A stretch of DNA of 64,000 bases, from assembly GCA_943788025.1 (NCBI GenBank), contig CALSOR010000004.1, forward strand, positions 735,231 to 799,230, given 5' to 3'. Below, piece after piece: positions 8,488-19,725 of the stretch (the first letter of the stretch is position 1; each line of letters opens with the position of its first letter). This stretch comes from an uncultured Pirellulaceae bacterium. Its GTDB lineage: Bacteria > Planctomycetota > Planctomycetia > Pirellulales > Pirellulaceae. The notes below the pieces were generated by a model. The model did no database searches, was not told where the DNA came from, and saw only the letters and a list, made by a program, of their open reading frames with translations. The position numbers and the translations under genes were made by a program.

Positions 8488-10422
8488 ATGATGAAGAATA
8501 AATATATATTGCTGCTCTTTTTTGCCCTTTCGGTTTCCACAATCCACGCCCAAAACTCGGAAAACTCTGATGATGAAGCGGCACGAACATGGTCTGACAA
8601 AACAGGGAAGTTCAAAGTAAAAGCCAAACTGCTCTCCAATGCCGAAGGCAAGATCAAACTGTTGAAGGAGGACGGTCTTGTCATCACTGTTCCAATCGAT
8701 CGTTTGAGTGAAGCCGATCAGAAATTCTTAAATGAGAAGGACAATCCGTTTTCCGGCGGAGAGCCGTTAAAAAACGACATGACGGAAATGGATCGTAAAA
8801 CGGAGAAAGGCGAGACCGCTGCATCGGCATCACTTTCGAAGGACGCAAACGTCCTCGAATTGCCATCCGATGGCAAAGAACTCTTTGTCGACAGCGTTGA
8901 CGAGGCGGGAATCCTTCCTGCCGACCCTCTTCCCTATGAGCTCAAACCGGTGGAATTTGTGCGTTCATTGGAAAAGACAGATGCTTACTGCAGAACATCA
9001 TTTCCGATGTTGGCAAATCCGAAAGAACCGTCCTTTTTAGTTTCGATTCATCGTGTGGGGAATGCGGCCTCTCAGGAGAGTTTTGGCAAAATCTTTCTGG
9101 TCAACAAAGCCGAAACGCAGCCAAATGCGGTACTCGACATTGATCAATCCATTGCTTTGTTAGACCACCACATCGAATCCGGACGAACGCTCGCAGCATT
9201 AGGCGTTGACAGCCCATCGTCGCGTGGCGGGGACCTGGTTTTATTTGACAAAATGGTGAGCGGTGCGCCAAAACTGATCGCCAGATGGCATTGCCCCGGC
9301 TGGGACAAGCGTGGCTTTAAACCAAAATACGAATTTGCGAGACTACTATCCGAATCCAAAGCGTTGGTTCGTGTCGACAACATGATCTATTTGTGGGATC
9401 TGGTCCAAGGCAAGCTGATATTCAAAATCAAACCAAAATACAGCGGCGGAAAAATCCAGGTCAGCTGCAATGGCAGGTATTTGGTGATTCCCGACCGTAA
9501 GACATGCATGTTTATCGGTCTGCAAGAAGGAAAGGTCCTGGGGACGATTCCATCCAACGGAAAGCTGGTACCAGAAATCCATTTTTCCCCCGATGGCAAA
9601 CAAATCGCGATGGTAGCCGGGAACGAATTCTCGGTATGGGACTTTACCAAAGGCGCGACGCGTGCGTCGGTGAACCTCGGCCACCCGAATGGAAAATTTG
9701 TCGGTTGGATGGGCAACAATCGTTTGCTGACGCAGTTGAACGGCTTGATTGATGTCGACCTGCGAATCTCACTCTGGGGATATTCATTGCCGTCAAACAA
9801 TCAATCGCTAACGATGAGCACTCATGTTGCAACGATACAACGATCGACCAGGCTGACAACTTTGATTTGCATCCCGATACCACATGCGCCGGCAAAAACT
9901 GCAATTGAGAAACTAGTTGCCAACAATAGTGGATTCCTAGTCGTCACCCCAGATTCAAACGTTGCACTTGAAATCAATGCTCCGAACAGCATCGACAAGC
10001 CTGAAATCCGAAAGAAGCTTGAAGAGGCTATCGACGAGACGGGCTGGACGCTCAAACCTAGCGCTGACGTGATTGTCAAAATCGACATTGAACAGGGTGA
10101 ACGTCAGAAAATGTTTTTTCGTTCTTCTGGCTTTATGTTCGGAGCTGCCGAAGAAGTCACGATGCGACCGTTCAAAGTTCAAACGCAAATCCAAAAAAAT
10201 GGTAAAACCATTTGGGAACGCCCGCGGGAAAACATGATCCCCGGTGTTATTTTCCTGAAACGCGGGCAAAAGTTACGAGAGGTCTTAAAAACCTACGAAA
10301 AAGGGAACCCGAGTTACTTTGATAGGTTCAACCTGCCGCCACGAATCGTACGTCCCGACATCGCGGATAAACTTGGCAAAAGCTACATTTCTGACAACGT
10401 GTGGAAAGAACTAACAAGGTAA
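8488..10422 (+). CDS. Secreted SHD1-domain protein with a beta-propeller-like C-terminal region
   Basis: Signal peptide MMKNKYILLLFFALSVSTIHAQ. RTWSDKTGKFKVKAKLLSNAEGKIKLLKEDGLVITVPIDRLSEADQKFL matches the SHD1 (SLA1 homology) motif common in planctomycetes. The WD-like repeats that follow are recognised only weakly. Confidence 0.75.
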   Translation: MMKNKYILLLFFALSVSTIHAQNSENSDDEAARTWSDKTGKFKVKAKLLSNAEGKIKLLKEDGLVITVPIDRLSEADQKFLNEKDNPFSGGEPLKNDMTEMDRKTEKGETAASASLSKDANVLELPSDGKELFVDSVDEAGILPADPLPYELKPVEFVRSLEKTDAYCRTSFPMLANPKEPSFLVSIHRVGNAASQESFGKIFLVNKAETQPNAVLDIDQSIALLDHHIESGRTLAALGVDSPSSRGGDLVLFDKMVSGAPKLIARWHCPGWDKRGFKPKYEFARLLSESKALVRVDNMIYLWDLVQGKLIFKIKPKYSGGKIQVSCNGRYLVIPDRKTCMFIGLQEGKVLGTIPSNGKLVPEIHFSPDGKQIAMVAGNEFSVWDFTKGATRASVNLGHPNGKFVGWMGNNRLLTQLNGLIDVDLRISLWGYSLPSNNQSLTMSTHVATIQRSTRLTTLICIPIPHAPAKTAIEKLVANNSGFLVVTPDSNVALEINAPNSIDKPEIRKKLEEAIDETGWTLKPSADVIVKIDIEQGERQKMFFRSSGFMFGAAEEVTMRPFKVQTQIQKNGKTIWERPRENMIPGVIFLKRGQKLREVLKTYEKGNPSYFDRFNLPPRIVRPDIADKLGKSYISDNVWKELTR

Positions 10423-10665
10423 ATTTCACAACGACGAAAACTAGCCATGGCTTAATCCATGAAGAATCATGAATGTGTTCAGAAAACCTTGATGTGGCGA
10501 TCGCTTTATGGCGGAAAGAACCGAGGAACTCTACATGCCTCGTGAATTCCCGTTGCGCCGTAAGGAGCAAAACAGCTGCCATCAAAACCGGCGCATCAAA
10601 AAGGAACGGTGTGATGAAACAAGCCACGCTGGACCGCGTGTTCTGGATCACGATGATGAATCGAC

Positions 10666-12711
10666 CTATTCTTTGACGCTCCAGTTTTCATCAAAGAAAT
10701 CAGCCGCTTTGGGAATTCCAGCAAACCGATAGATCGACTCATTCGGTTCAGGTTTGCTGAGGATATCCACAATCGCCCAGTCGGGAAGCATTGGAACTTG
10801 GCGAGCATTATTGAGGTATGCATATTCACGGTAGGTGAATCCACTATTAATGACGATGTATTTTTCTGGATTCAATGGATTGGGATAAATCATGATGGGT
10901 GCGTGATCCTTGGCGGAAAACGATTTGGGACCGACTTTAACGCTGCCCGCCGTCCAAGCTAACGGAAGCTCGTTCAAGATCTTCTTGATGATTGCGTTCG
11001 ATTTGGGATCACCCCACAAAATCAAATTGTGCTTTGCGATATCGGTTGCTGTAATGTCGATGTCGTTTTTGATTCGAGCATGGCCGCGGAAATGTTGTCG
11101 CCACTGCGCAATCGCACGTAACTGCTCGGACTTCGTCCATTTTCCAACGGCTTCATTTATCGCTGCACCTGTGGGAAGGACCATCAAGAAGCTGCTCATC
11201 AATGCATCGTCAATCGGCCCCTGCAAACCATGCTTTTTCACCAAACCATTATTTTCCTTTTGCCCGGGAACCCACCGATCACCCGATCGATGGACACTGT
11301 ATTTCCATGAGCGATCCGAGAGTGCGTGGGGAGCTTGGATTTGTTGACCATCAATCCGGACTGTGACAGGACGCGTTAAATCAAAAGGCGCAAACCCCGG
11401 ATTCATTTCGAAAGTCATGGCGGTAACCCCGCCTGATTTAACCGAGACCACATTCTCTTTTACTTTCGCCTCAACACGAGACGGCTCCCAATGCTGTTCA
11501 AGAGAATCAACGGTCAACCAATACTGACGGTTATACTTCAACGTGTGAGTCAATTTCCGAACCGTCGTAGGAAACACCTCATTTCCAGCCTTCGCCAAGC
11601 TCCCCATGCGAGACTCGATTATTTTTTGCGAGGCCGCATCGATACGATGTCCCATCTTGGGTCCAATAACATGGACAAGCGAAATCCCCTCTTTCGCAAG
11701 CGCCTTTTCCATGACATCCGCCGCTTGCTTTTGAATATCATTTTCCCCACTATAAGCAATCGTTGGTGCATGAAAAAGATTCAAGGCGTTATCATCGGCA
11801 TCGTACCAGCGCCACAGTTTTTCCTCCCAATCGTAAGGCTTCAATTTCTCTTTTTGAAATGACTTCAGAAATTCTGGCGTCTCAGAAAAACCAGCTCCGG
11901 GGTTCGCTGCAAACCAGCGATCAGAATACAAGGTTGCAAACTGCCAGCAGGCAGCCCCTCCCATTGAAAAACCTCGAACACTGACCCGATCATCGTCGAT
12001 CCGGTACTGCGACCGCACATGTTCGATCGCCTCCAAAACATCCACCTCACCGGCAAATTTGAAAGCATTGCTATATCGGCCATAGGGATGAAGTACGATC
12101 GTATCTTTCGGCTGATAATAGCCGGCGTTTTTCCTTCTTTGATCGATAAAGTTCGTTTCGCTCAGCGTTTCACCACGACCATGAAACCAAACGTCAAGAC
12201 GAAATTCCTTCTCACCGCCATGCCTGTAATTCTCAGGAATCACCAACCCATAAGGCTGAACCGTTCCATCCAGTTTCGAACGAAACCCTCGAACGACCAA
12301 ACCGGTTTGCATTTGCCAAGGTGTCAACAATCCGATCGCTCGTTGCTTGCCTGTTTCGAGCAATTCAAATGCTTTTTTTACATCTTTCTGAGTAAAAAAT
12401 TCTTGATGCTCCAAATTATCTTTAACAGCTCGATAATAAACTTCGATGTCCGGAATCAACAATTTCTTTTCATGTGCCGATTGACTGAGCTTTTCGAGAA
12501 GTGATTTCAATTCCGACAAGCCAGTTTTTAAAGCTGTTTCATCCGCATCGGATACGACAATTCCAAGCCGAGGAACACGACGAACTTTCGTTGGATCGTT
12601 GTCGCCCTCTCCGTCCGCCCAGGCGATATGGCAATGCAACAATAACAGCAAAACCATTTGGAAAAAATGGCTTGAAAACCGTTGTGAACAACGTTGTGAA
12701 AAACGATCCAT
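10666..12711 (-). CDS. Secreted alpha/beta-hydrolase, prolyl-oligopeptidase (S9)-like serine hydrolase
   Basis: 681-aa ORF with a signal-like N-terminus. It has the nucleophile elbow VRGFSMGGAACW, a later acidic residue in SGENDIQKQA, and a His in GPKMGHRID. Confidence 0.75.
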   Translation of the reverse strand: MDRFSQRCSQRFSSHFFQMVLLLLLHCHIAWADGEGDNDPTKVRRVPRLGIVVSDADETALKTGLSELKSLLEKLSQSAHEKKLLIPDIEVYYRAVKDNLEHQEFFTQKDVKKAFELLETGKQRAIGLLTPWQMQTGLVVRGFRSKLDGTVQPYGLVIPENYRHGGEKEFRLDVWFHGRGETLSETNFIDQRRKNAGYYQPKDTIVLHPYGRYSNAFKFAGEVDVLEAIEHVRSQYRIDDDRVSVRGFSMGGAACWQFATLYSDRWFAANPGAGFSETPEFLKSFQKEKLKPYDWEEKLWRWYDADDNALNLFHAPTIAYSGENDIQKQAADVMEKALAKEGISLVHVIGPKMGHRIDAASQKIIESRMGSLAKAGNEVFPTTVRKLTHTLKYNRQYWLTVDSLEQHWEPSRVEAKVKENVVSVKSGGVTAMTFEMNPGFAPFDLTRPVTVRIDGQQIQAPHALSDRSWKYSVHRSGDRWVPGQKENNGLVKKHGLQGPIDDALMSSFLMVLPTGAAINEAVGKWTKSEQLRAIAQWRQHFRGHARIKNDIDITATDIAKHNLILWGDPKSNAIIKKILNELPLAWTAGSVKVGPKSFSAKDHAPIMIYPNPLNPEKYIVINSGFTYREYAYLNNARQVPMLPDWAIVDILSKPEPNESIYRFAGIPKAADFFDENWSVKE

Positions 12712-12826
12712 AGTCGGTTCCTGTGAGCTTTCATGGGTCTACCAGCGCAACGCCTCCATGAAAAACAAATTGAAATACGCCGGTCCGCTTATTTTAGCAG
12801 CAAAAATCAGGACGAAGGAAGCGGAA

Positions 12827-13909
12827 CTATTCCTGACCGAAACTTTCGGGAAACAGGGCATCCACGTATGTATCTACGTTGAACAATGCAATGTCGTCTT
12901 CTTTTTCGCCGAGACCAATGTATTTGACCGGCAAATCAAATTCCTGTCGAATCGGAATCGCAACGCCACCCTTGGCGGTACCGTCCAATTTTGCCAGTAC
13001 GATTCCGGTACAACCAGCGGCTGCACTAAATCCTTTGGCTTGACTGATTGCATTTTGGCCGGCGGTCGCATCAAGCACTAAGAGCACCTCATGAGGAGCT
13101 TCCGGAACGACCTTTTGCATCACATTTCGGATTTTGGAAAGTTGATCCATCAGATTGGTTTGCGTTTGCAGCCGTCCCGCCGTATCAACAATGCAAATGT
13201 CTGCATTGGATTTAACCGCGGCTTCCACGGCACGGTACGAAACGCTTGCGGGATCTCCCCCCTGACTTCCCATGACGATTTCTGCCCCTAGGCGGTTCGC
13301 CCAAACGTTTAACTGCTCAACTGCGGCGGCGCGAAATGTATCGCCAGCACCAAGGACAACCTTTTTGCCATCCTTGATAAACATGTTTGTCAGCTTTGCA
13401 ATTGACGTTGTCTTTCCGGCACCATTCACTCCGCAAACCATTACGATCGTCGGCCCAGATTCCGCATACTCAATCGGGCGTTCGGGTTGATCCATGATTT
13501 CACGGATTGTTGTTTTGGCCGTTGCGATAAAGTCCGCCATGTAGACTTTTCGACCGCGAAATTGGCTCTTGATTTCGTCGCGAATTTTCGATGCAGGCCC
13601 GGCTCCCATATCTGTCTTGATCAAGATGGCGAATAATTCTTTGAGAAAATCGTCATCGACCAATCTTCCTTCGTTTTTCAGAAGATCACGGACGTCGGTG
13701 TTAAGAACACTGTACGTTTTAACCAGTGCCTGTTTGAAACGGCCGAAGAAGCCTTTCTTTTCCGCAGTCGGATCCGCTGGGGATGCATCGCTGCTTCCAC
13801 CGTCTCCAGCAGGCGAATCAGATTCTCCATCTTCAGGATTCGACGAATCGGATTCAGACGTTTCTGCCAATTCGTTTTTTTTCTTTCCACCAAAAAGATT
13901 CCAAGCCAT
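12827..13909 (-). CDS. ftsY: Signal recognition particle receptor FtsY
   Basis: SRP-GTPase motifs GVNGAGKTTSIAKL, DTAGRLQ and LAKLDGTAKGG, with an acidic N-terminal region. Confidence 0.95.
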   Translation of the reverse strand: MAWNLFGGKKKNELAETSESDSSNPEDGESDSPAGDGGSSDASPADPTAEKKGFFGRFKQALVKTYSVLNTDVRDLLKNEGRLVDDDFLKELFAILIKTDMGAGPASKIRDEIKSQFRGRKVYMADFIATAKTTIREIMDQPERPIEYAESGPTIVMVCGVNGAGKTTSIAKLTNMFIKDGKKVVLGAGDTFRAAAVEQLNVWANRLGAEIVMGSQGGDPASVSYRAVEAAVKSNADICIVDTAGRLQTQTNLMDQLSKIRNVMQKVVPEAPHEVLLVLDATAGQNAISQAKGFSAAAGCTGIVLAKLDGTAKGGVAIPIRQEFDLPVKYIGLGEKEDDIALFNVDTYVDALFPESFGQE

Positions 13910-13981
13910 TACGTTTAGTCGCTACTGCAAAAGTGTGATTTTGAAAGTTTGTCAGATCCGATTCCATCAAGATCATAATTA

Positions 13982-14560
13982 CTACGATACCAATTTATCA
14001 GCGTCGTTTTTGCTTTCTAAGTTATCGCTATCCGCACCATCCACTTCAGGTTCGATCGGTCCGGTCGACGGTTTCAATTCGGAATGGGGAATTGAATCCT
14101 GCAATCCTGATGGAGTATTTTCTTCTTTCGAAGTTGCCATAGCCTGTTTTGCCAATCTTAACTGCTTTTTAATCAAGCGGTCGAGGATGCCGTTGATGAA
14201 TTGCGAAGACTGCTCATCTCCATAACGTTTGGCGATCTCAATGGCTTCATTGATCGCAACCGGCGCTGGCGTATCATGAAATAGAATTTCGTACGCACCT
14301 AAACGCAATACATTCCGATCCGTTGCGGCCATGCGACTGATTTTCCAATTGTCGGTTGCCGCATCGAGCTCTCGGTCGATTTCTTTTGACTTCGCTCTGA
14401 CACCGTCCAGTAGCGATTTTGCAAAATCGCGAATGTTCCCCGCGTTATGCAAACGACCACGGATAAACGCCATGTCCTCATCTCGAGAGCGTCCTCGATT
14501 CAGATCATCTTGATAAAGCAATTGCAAGACGATTTCTCTTGCGCGTGTTCGAAGTGACAT
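13982..14560 (-). CDS. nusB: Transcription antitermination factor NusB with a C-terminal low-complexity extension
   Basis: Starts MSLRTRAREIVLQLLYQ and contains AINEAIEIAKRYGDEQSSQFINGILDR, typical of NusB. About 50 extra C-terminal residues are present. Confidence 0.9.
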   Translation of the reverse strand: MSLRTRAREIVLQLLYQDDLNRGRSRDEDMAFIRGRLHNAGNIRDFAKSLLDGVRAKSKEIDRELDAATDNWKISRMAATDRNVLRLGAYEILFHDTPAPVAINEAIEIAKRYGDEQSSQFINGILDRLIKKQLRLAKQAMATSKEENTPSGLQDSIPHSELKPSTGPIEPEVDGADSDNLESKNDADKLVS

Positions 14561-14620
14561 TTTTGCTGCTTAGGTTTTGTTGCTTGAATTTGCCAGTTGC
14601 TTGAATTCGTCCGCGTAAGT

Positions 14621-15094
14621 TTAAATCTGCTTGAGCAGCCCAACCATTTCCAATGCTGCTTCCGCGCATTCGATGCCTTTGTTCCCCACGTTTCCGCCGG
14701 CGCGATGAATCGCTTGCTCCATGTTGTTGCATGTAAGCAATCCGAACGAAACAGGAATCCCGAATTGTAGCGAAATATTCCCGAGCGAGAGGCTAACTTG
14801 CTGATTGATATATTGATCATGAGTGGTCTCGCCGCGAATCACAGCCCCCAAGCAAATGACTGCTGCATACTTTTTGGATTCAGCTGCTTTCTGGCAGGCT
14901 ATGGACAGCTCCCACGCTCCAGGAACTCGAAACACATCCATATTCTCGGGTTTTACACCATGGGATTCGAGCGATTCAATCGCTCCGACCAGTAGTTTTT
15001 CGGTGATATTCGAGTTGTAACGTGAAACGATGATCGCAAACCGATCTTCGTTCGCTGCTTCTAAACCACCACTAAATTCGTTTGCCAATTTCAT
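14621..15094 (-). CDS. ribH: 6,7-dimethyl-8-ribityllumazine synthase
   Basis: FAIIVSRYNSNITEKLL, VPGAWELS, CLGAVIRGETTHDQYI, at the typical length of 157 aa. Confidence 0.95.
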   Translation of the reverse strand: MKLANEFSGGLEAANEDRFAIIVSRYNSNITEKLLVGAIESLESHGVKPENMDVFRVPGAWELSIACQKAAESKKYAAVICLGAVIRGETTHDQYINQQVSLSLGNISLQFGIPVSFGLLTCNNMEQAIHRAGGNVGNKGIECAEAALEMVGLLKQI

Positions 15095-15190
15095 CTCGAT
15101 TGTAATGCGTTAAGTTTCGTTGAGTGCTAACTCTGGTTTTAACAAGCGTGTTTTGCTCGCTGGCGTTTCAATGATTCACTAAGCATCGAT

Positions 15191-16651
15191 CTACGGGTCC
15201 ATGTCAATTTCCGACAAGAATTCTGAATTTGATTTTGATTTTCGTAGCTTGCCAACCAGCAGGTCCATCGCATTCGCGGGAGAATGATCATGTAATGCTC
15301 TGCGCAACAAACAGATACCGTCAAATTCGTCCTCATCCATGAGCTTTTCCTCACGGCGTGTACCACTCTTGTTGATGTCAATCGCCGGATAAATCCTTTT
15401 TTCGGCCAGCGTTCTGTCCAACACAATTTCCATGTTACCGGTCCCTTTAAATTCTTCGAAAATGATGTCGTCCATTCTGCTGCCGGTTTCGACTAAAGCG
15501 GTTGCCAAAATGGTTAACGAACCACCTTCTTCAATTTTTCGTGCAGACCCGAAGAACGCTTTCGGATTTTGTAGCGCATTGGCATCCAGACCGCCGCTCA
15601 TCGTCCGACCCGATTTCGAACATTCTGTATTCCATGCTCGCGCGAGTCGCGTGATCGAATCCAAAAAAATCACTACATCTCGGCCGGATTCCACCATTCG
15701 TTTTGCTTTTTCGAGAACCATCTCGGAGACCGCAATATGGCGTGAAGTGTGCTCATCAAAGGTCGAACTAACAACCTCGCAATTGCGACCTTTGACCTCA
15801 CGTTCCATATCCGTTACTTCTTCCGGTCGCTCGTCAATCAGCAACATCATCACGTATGCATCAGGAAAGTTTTCCAAAACTGCCAATGCCATCTTTTTAA
15901 GCAACACGGTCTTCCCTGCCCTGGGTGGACTGACGATCAATCCGCGCTGACCAAATCCGATCGGAGCGATAAGATCAATCACTCGCGTGCTCATTTCCTT
16001 CGGGCTATGCTCCATTTGAATCCGACGATCAGGATGGAGCGGTGTCAAATCCTCAAACATAACGCGGCGCGACATTTCAAGCGGATCGCGTTGATCAACG
16101 GTCTCGACCCGGAGTAGCGCGAAATACCGTTCGTTCTCTTTGGGTGGACGAATCTGCCCAGAAACCGTTGTCCCCGTTTTCAGTGCAAACTTTCTGATTT
16201 GACTTGGAGAAACGTAGATGTCGTCGGGACAAGACATGTAATGATAGTCAGGGCTTCGAAGAAAGCCGAAACCATCGGGCAGAATCTCCAAGGTCCCCTC
16301 GCCCCGCATCAAGCCTTGGGACTTGAGTTGATGCTTGAGGATCTTGAATATCAGGTCCTGTTTCTTAAGTCCAACATAGTCCGAGAGCCCAATTCGTTCA
16401 GCCAAACTCGAAAGCTCAGCGAGTGATTGGTTCTGCAAATCACTCATGTTGAAATGTTGCTCAGACACGCCATTTACAGGAGACACCAGATTCGCTTTTG
16501 CCAATTCCTCAGCAAGGGAAGTCGGATCGCGATCCGCGTCCAACTCGTTTAGACGTTTATCAACATCCGACTGAGAATCATCGTTCTCACTTTTTTTCTT
16601 CGGTCGCCGTCGATTTCCTCGCCCGTTCGGCCCGGAATCATTCGTACCCAT
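15191..16651 (-). CDS. rho: Transcription termination factor Rho
   Basis: Walker [32 protein letters not shown], an RNA-binding OB region, and a basic/acidic N-terminal extension. Confidence 0.97.
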   Translation of the reverse strand: MGTNDSGPNGRGNRRRPKKKSENDDSQSDVDKRLNELDADRDPTSLAEELAKANLVSPVNGVSEQHFNMSDLQNQSLAELSSLAERIGLSDYVGLKKQDLIFKILKHQLKSQGLMRGEGTLEILPDGFGFLRSPDYHYMSCPDDIYVSPSQIRKFALKTGTTVSGQIRPPKENERYFALLRVETVDQRDPLEMSRRVMFEDLTPLHPDRRIQMEHSPKEMSTRVIDLIAPIGFGQRGLIVSPPRAGKTVLLKKMALAVLENFPDAYVMMLLIDERPEEVTDMEREVKGRNCEVVSSTFDEHTSRHIAVSEMVLEKAKRMVESGRDVVIFLDSITRLARAWNTECSKSGRTMSGGLDANALQNPKAFFGSARKIEEGGSLTILATALVETGSRMDDIIFEEFKGTGNMEIVLDRTLAEKRIYPAIDINKSGTRREEKLMDEDEFDGICLLRRALHDHSPANAMDLLVGKLRKSKSNSEFLSEIDMDP

Positions 16652-16894
16652 AATGTACCCGCAATCACACTGAGGATAGTGTGAATCAAAAAAGGTGTGA
16701 CAAATTGAAAAGGGATGGTGAAAAGTTTATTTGGGAGGAAAAGGAATAGATGTCGCGCAGACAGACAAGTGAAAATATCGCGCATCATCAAACCTTCTAT
16801 TCGACCAATGGTTCATCCGACCATGATCGAAAAACGTCGCGACGCATCAGCCCCAGAATTGAAGCCATCGGCCGAAACATCTCAACTCTCTCTA

Positions 16895-17506
16895 TCATTT
16901 ATTTTCGACTGATATTACCTGTGCCCAGAGTTGAGCAATTTGTTCGTGCAGTCCTCTTTTGGATCCGCCGTTCATCAGGATCCAATCGGATTTTGCACGT
17001 TTAATTTCAATCGAAACTTGTGAAGCTTCACGTTTGGCAAATTCAAGTTCTGACCACCCACGTTCAGTTGCTCGCCGGCAACGATCCGCTTCGCTAGATT
17101 CTACAAATACAATTTGATCACAGAAATCATTCCAACCAGCCTTAAACATCACCGGCGCATCCAATATCGCCGCAGGAAAATCACCTGACAACTCAAGCTT
17201 CTCAACCTGGCCCTCGAGGATTTTTCGTATTAAGGGATGTGTGATCTTCTCCAACTTAGAGAGTTCTGCCTCACCATCGGTAGGATGAAAGACAATCTCG
17301 CCAAGCTTTCGCCTATCGACCGAACCGTCAGTTCGAAAAACAGAGTCACCCCAGTTTGTTCGAATTTGGCGTTGGACGTCAGGCAAATCTAAAACCTGAT
17401 GTCCCGTTCGATCTGCATCAAGAACAAATGCACCTAATTCCTTAAAAGACGCCGATACAAAACTTTTACCAGACGCAATTCCGCCAACGACTCCAATGAT
17501 AAGCAT
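16895..17506 (-). CDS. coaE: Dephospho-CoA kinase
   Basis: MLIIGVVGGIASGKSFV P-loop at the N-terminus, about 200 aa, typical CoaE layout. Confidence 0.9.
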   Translation of the reverse strand: MLIIGVVGGIASGKSFVSASFKELGAFVLDADRTGHQVLDLPDVQRQIRTNWGDSVFRTDGSVDRRKLGEIVFHPTDGEAELSKLEKITHPLIRKILEGQVEKLELSGDFPAAILDAPVMFKAGWNDFCDQIVFVESSEADRCRRATERGWSELEFAKREASQVSIEIKRAKSDWILMNGGSKRGLHEQIAQLWAQVISVENK

Positions 17507-18040
17507 TTAATCAGTGTTCGTTGCGATTTGGACGAATGCCAAATCAAGGAGAGAAGAGCTCAAAATGCTCGTTTATTCTATATTGAATTGCTGAAACGAA
17601 AAGGCACTTTTCAGTTTCTTTCCGCCAACGAAACCAGCAATCGTCATTGCCCATAACTTAAATGTCAATATTTCTACAATTACGTCGACTCCACCAAGCA
17701 TCAAATGAACTGCGATGGAAACTCACACCATACGATTTTGCCGCGAAATAGCGTAAATCGACAGCGAAACATCGCAACCCAACAGGATCAAGCCGAAGAA
17801 ATCCCGTTTAATCGCACCAATCGTTATCTTGAGCCTGACACCTAAAACAAAGTCCAAATGAGTTCGACAGAAGTTTGACACCGTTTTTAGTCGAATTTAA
17901 AATCGTGATTGCAGGCAAATTTTGTCAAAATGGATCGAGTGCGGTGAATTTTCCGCCATCATCCAATTTGCTTCAATTAACCTGATCTCTTCTAAGTACA
18001 AAACCCTCAATCGTGCGTTTTTGATTCGCAGGAGCAAAAA

Positions 18041-19468
18041 GTGGCTGTAACCGAAAAAAATCAGTGGCTACACATTCTTCTTATCCTTTTTGTGATTCTT
18101 GCAGTTGCAGGTTCCGTGACCACTTATCTAAGCGTGACAAGCGCTTACGAGTCCGCGGCAAAAGCAAAAACGCAGACGGATGAAGCAAAAAAGCAAACCG
18201 AAATTGTGAAAGTAGCAGAAGAACTAACCGGTATGGCGGTCGCATTTTCTGGCGTTCCCGGCGTCGATGCACCCACGATCGACGAAGCCAAAGCGGGAGT
18301 CGAAAGCATTCGACGCAGCACTGCAAATTTCGATGCCCTGCAGTCGCAATTCTTGGTACCCGCCGAGGAAATGCTGAAAATCTACGAATCAGACATGAAA
18401 GATGCACCTCAGGGCGTGGAAACGTGGCGTTCACTGGCCACCTATCTCGTCAATGTTGTGAACAGCAAAAACAAAACGATTCAGGAGAAAGACGATCAGA
18501 ATGCTCGAACCAAGGCCGAAGCTGACACGAAAGTGAAAGAGGCGGAAACGGAACGAGACACAGCTGTAACTGCAAAAAACAAAGCTGAATCCGATTTGGC
18601 TGCTGAACAACAAAAGTATGCAGCGGACATCAAAAAATTGAATGATCAACTCGCGTCCCTGACGCAATCAACCGCGGACAACAATCGAAAATTCTCCAGC
18701 GACGTTCAGAAAGAACAAGAAGAACGTAAAAAGTTAGCCTCGGTTATCAACGTGCAGAAAACCACTATTGAAAAACAATCGGATATTATCTCGACTTTGA
18801 CCCGCACCGATTTTGAAATTCCAGATGGACGAATCACAAGTGTGAACGGAGCAACAAAAATTGTTTGGTTGAATCTCGGGTACTTGGACGCACTTCCGAA
18901 CCAAATCAAATTTAATGTTTACGATTCGCAAGCAGCAGCTTTTGATGAAAACGCGAAAAAGGGCGAAATCAAAATTCAGCGAATTGTTGGACCCCACACC
19001 GCCGAAGCAATCATCATCGAAAAGGACAATTCGAATCCAATTCTTCCAGATGATTTTATTTTCACACCAACTTGGACCCCGGGACAACGCACCAAGTATT
19101 ACTTGGCAGGCAAATTCGACCTGGATGGTGACGGCAAATCAGATCAGGAGCGAGTGAAGGCATTGCTCAAGCGTTCTGGTGGCGAAATTGTGGGCGAGCT
19201 TCTTCAAGATGGAACAAAGGCTGGAAACGAAATTGACCCTTACGTACGATATCTCGTGTACGGTGGCAAACCCGACAATGCGACCTTGTCACTCGAACTT
19301 GACAAAATTCGTCAAAAGGCAAACGCGGAAGGTGTCAAGGTAATTAGTTTTGACTTGTTACTTACCAATCTTGGACTCGGAAGCGAAGCTCGAGTAATTT
19401 CCGGCGGCGTCGAAAAGAAAAACAGCTTTGCTCCACGGCGTCCCAAGACCGCGACTTTCGGCAACTAA
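18041..19468 (+). CDS. Membrane-anchored coiled-coil protein of unknown function
   Basis: 475-aa ORF with an N-terminal TM helix (WLHILLILFVILAVAGSVTTYL), a long K/E/A/Q-rich coiled-coil segment and a globular C-terminal domain. A strong terminator follows. Confidence 0.75.
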   Translation: MAVTEKNQWLHILLILFVILAVAGSVTTYLSVTSAYESAAKAKTQTDEAKKQTEIVKVAEELTGMAVAFSGVPGVDAPTIDEAKAGVESIRRSTANFDALQSQFLVPAEEMLKIYESDMKDAPQGVETWRSLATYLVNVVNSKNKTIQEKDDQNARTKAEADTKVKEAETERDTAVTAKNKAESDLAAEQQKYAADIKKLNDQLASLTQSTADNNRKFSSDVQKEQEERKKLASVINVQKTTIEKQSDIISTLTRTDFEIPDGRITSVNGATKIVWLNLGYLDALPNQIKFNVYDSQAAAFDENAKKGEIKIQRIVGPHTAEAIIIEKDNSNPILPDDFIFTPTWTPGQRTKYYLAGKFDLDGDGKSDQERVKALLKRSGGEIVGELLQDGTKAGNEIDPYVRYLVYGGKPDNATLSLELDKIRQKANAEGVKVISFDLLLTNLGLGSEARVISGGVEKKNSFAPRRPKTATFGN

Positions 19469-19507
19469 TTTTGAAAACAAGATCGCCGAATACGAATAGA
19501 AACTATG

Positions 19508-19534
19508 AAGCCCTGATCTGATCAGGGCTTTTTC
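19508..19534 (+). terminator. Rho-independent terminator
   Basis: Perfect 10-bp stem aagccctgat / atcagggctt (19508-19517 and 19521-19530) with a 3-nt loop, followed by tttt. It sits 40 nt after the stop at 19468. Confidence 0.7.
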
Positions 19535-19725
19535 GTGGATGCGTTTGTAAAAATTAAAGATAATTTGAGGGATCGCTGGGTTGAGCCCAACAGTTTTTCA
19601 CCCCTTTTGAACCTCGTTGCAGTCCCGTTGTTATGACTTGCTTTGCCTAATTATCTGTTGGGACAGCCATCGTTTCACCTCTCCAATCATCGATGACCGT
19701 TTATGCTTGCGTGCTCGAACAGAAT

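Noticed and set aside
13569-14225. 218-aa plus-strand ORF
   Set aside because: It is antisense to the well-supported ftsY and nusB genes and has a low-complexity, shadow-ORF character. The same reasoning applies to 12019..12504, 12599..13081, 35455..35952, 36077..36580, 43826..44332 and 47665..48069.
15095-15190. Possible FMN riboswitch upstream of ribH
   Set aside because: The gap is only about 96 nt and lies directly after the rho stop. I could not see the conserved FMN-element helices, and ribH is probably co-transcribed.
17573-17701. 42-aa minus-strand small ORF (MLGGVDVIVEILTFKLWAMTIAGFVGGKK..) in the 530-bp coaE-upstream gap
   Set aside because: It is hydrophobic and therefore tempting as a small membrane protein. 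There is no recognisable family and no conservation evidence is available, so it is too short to call.
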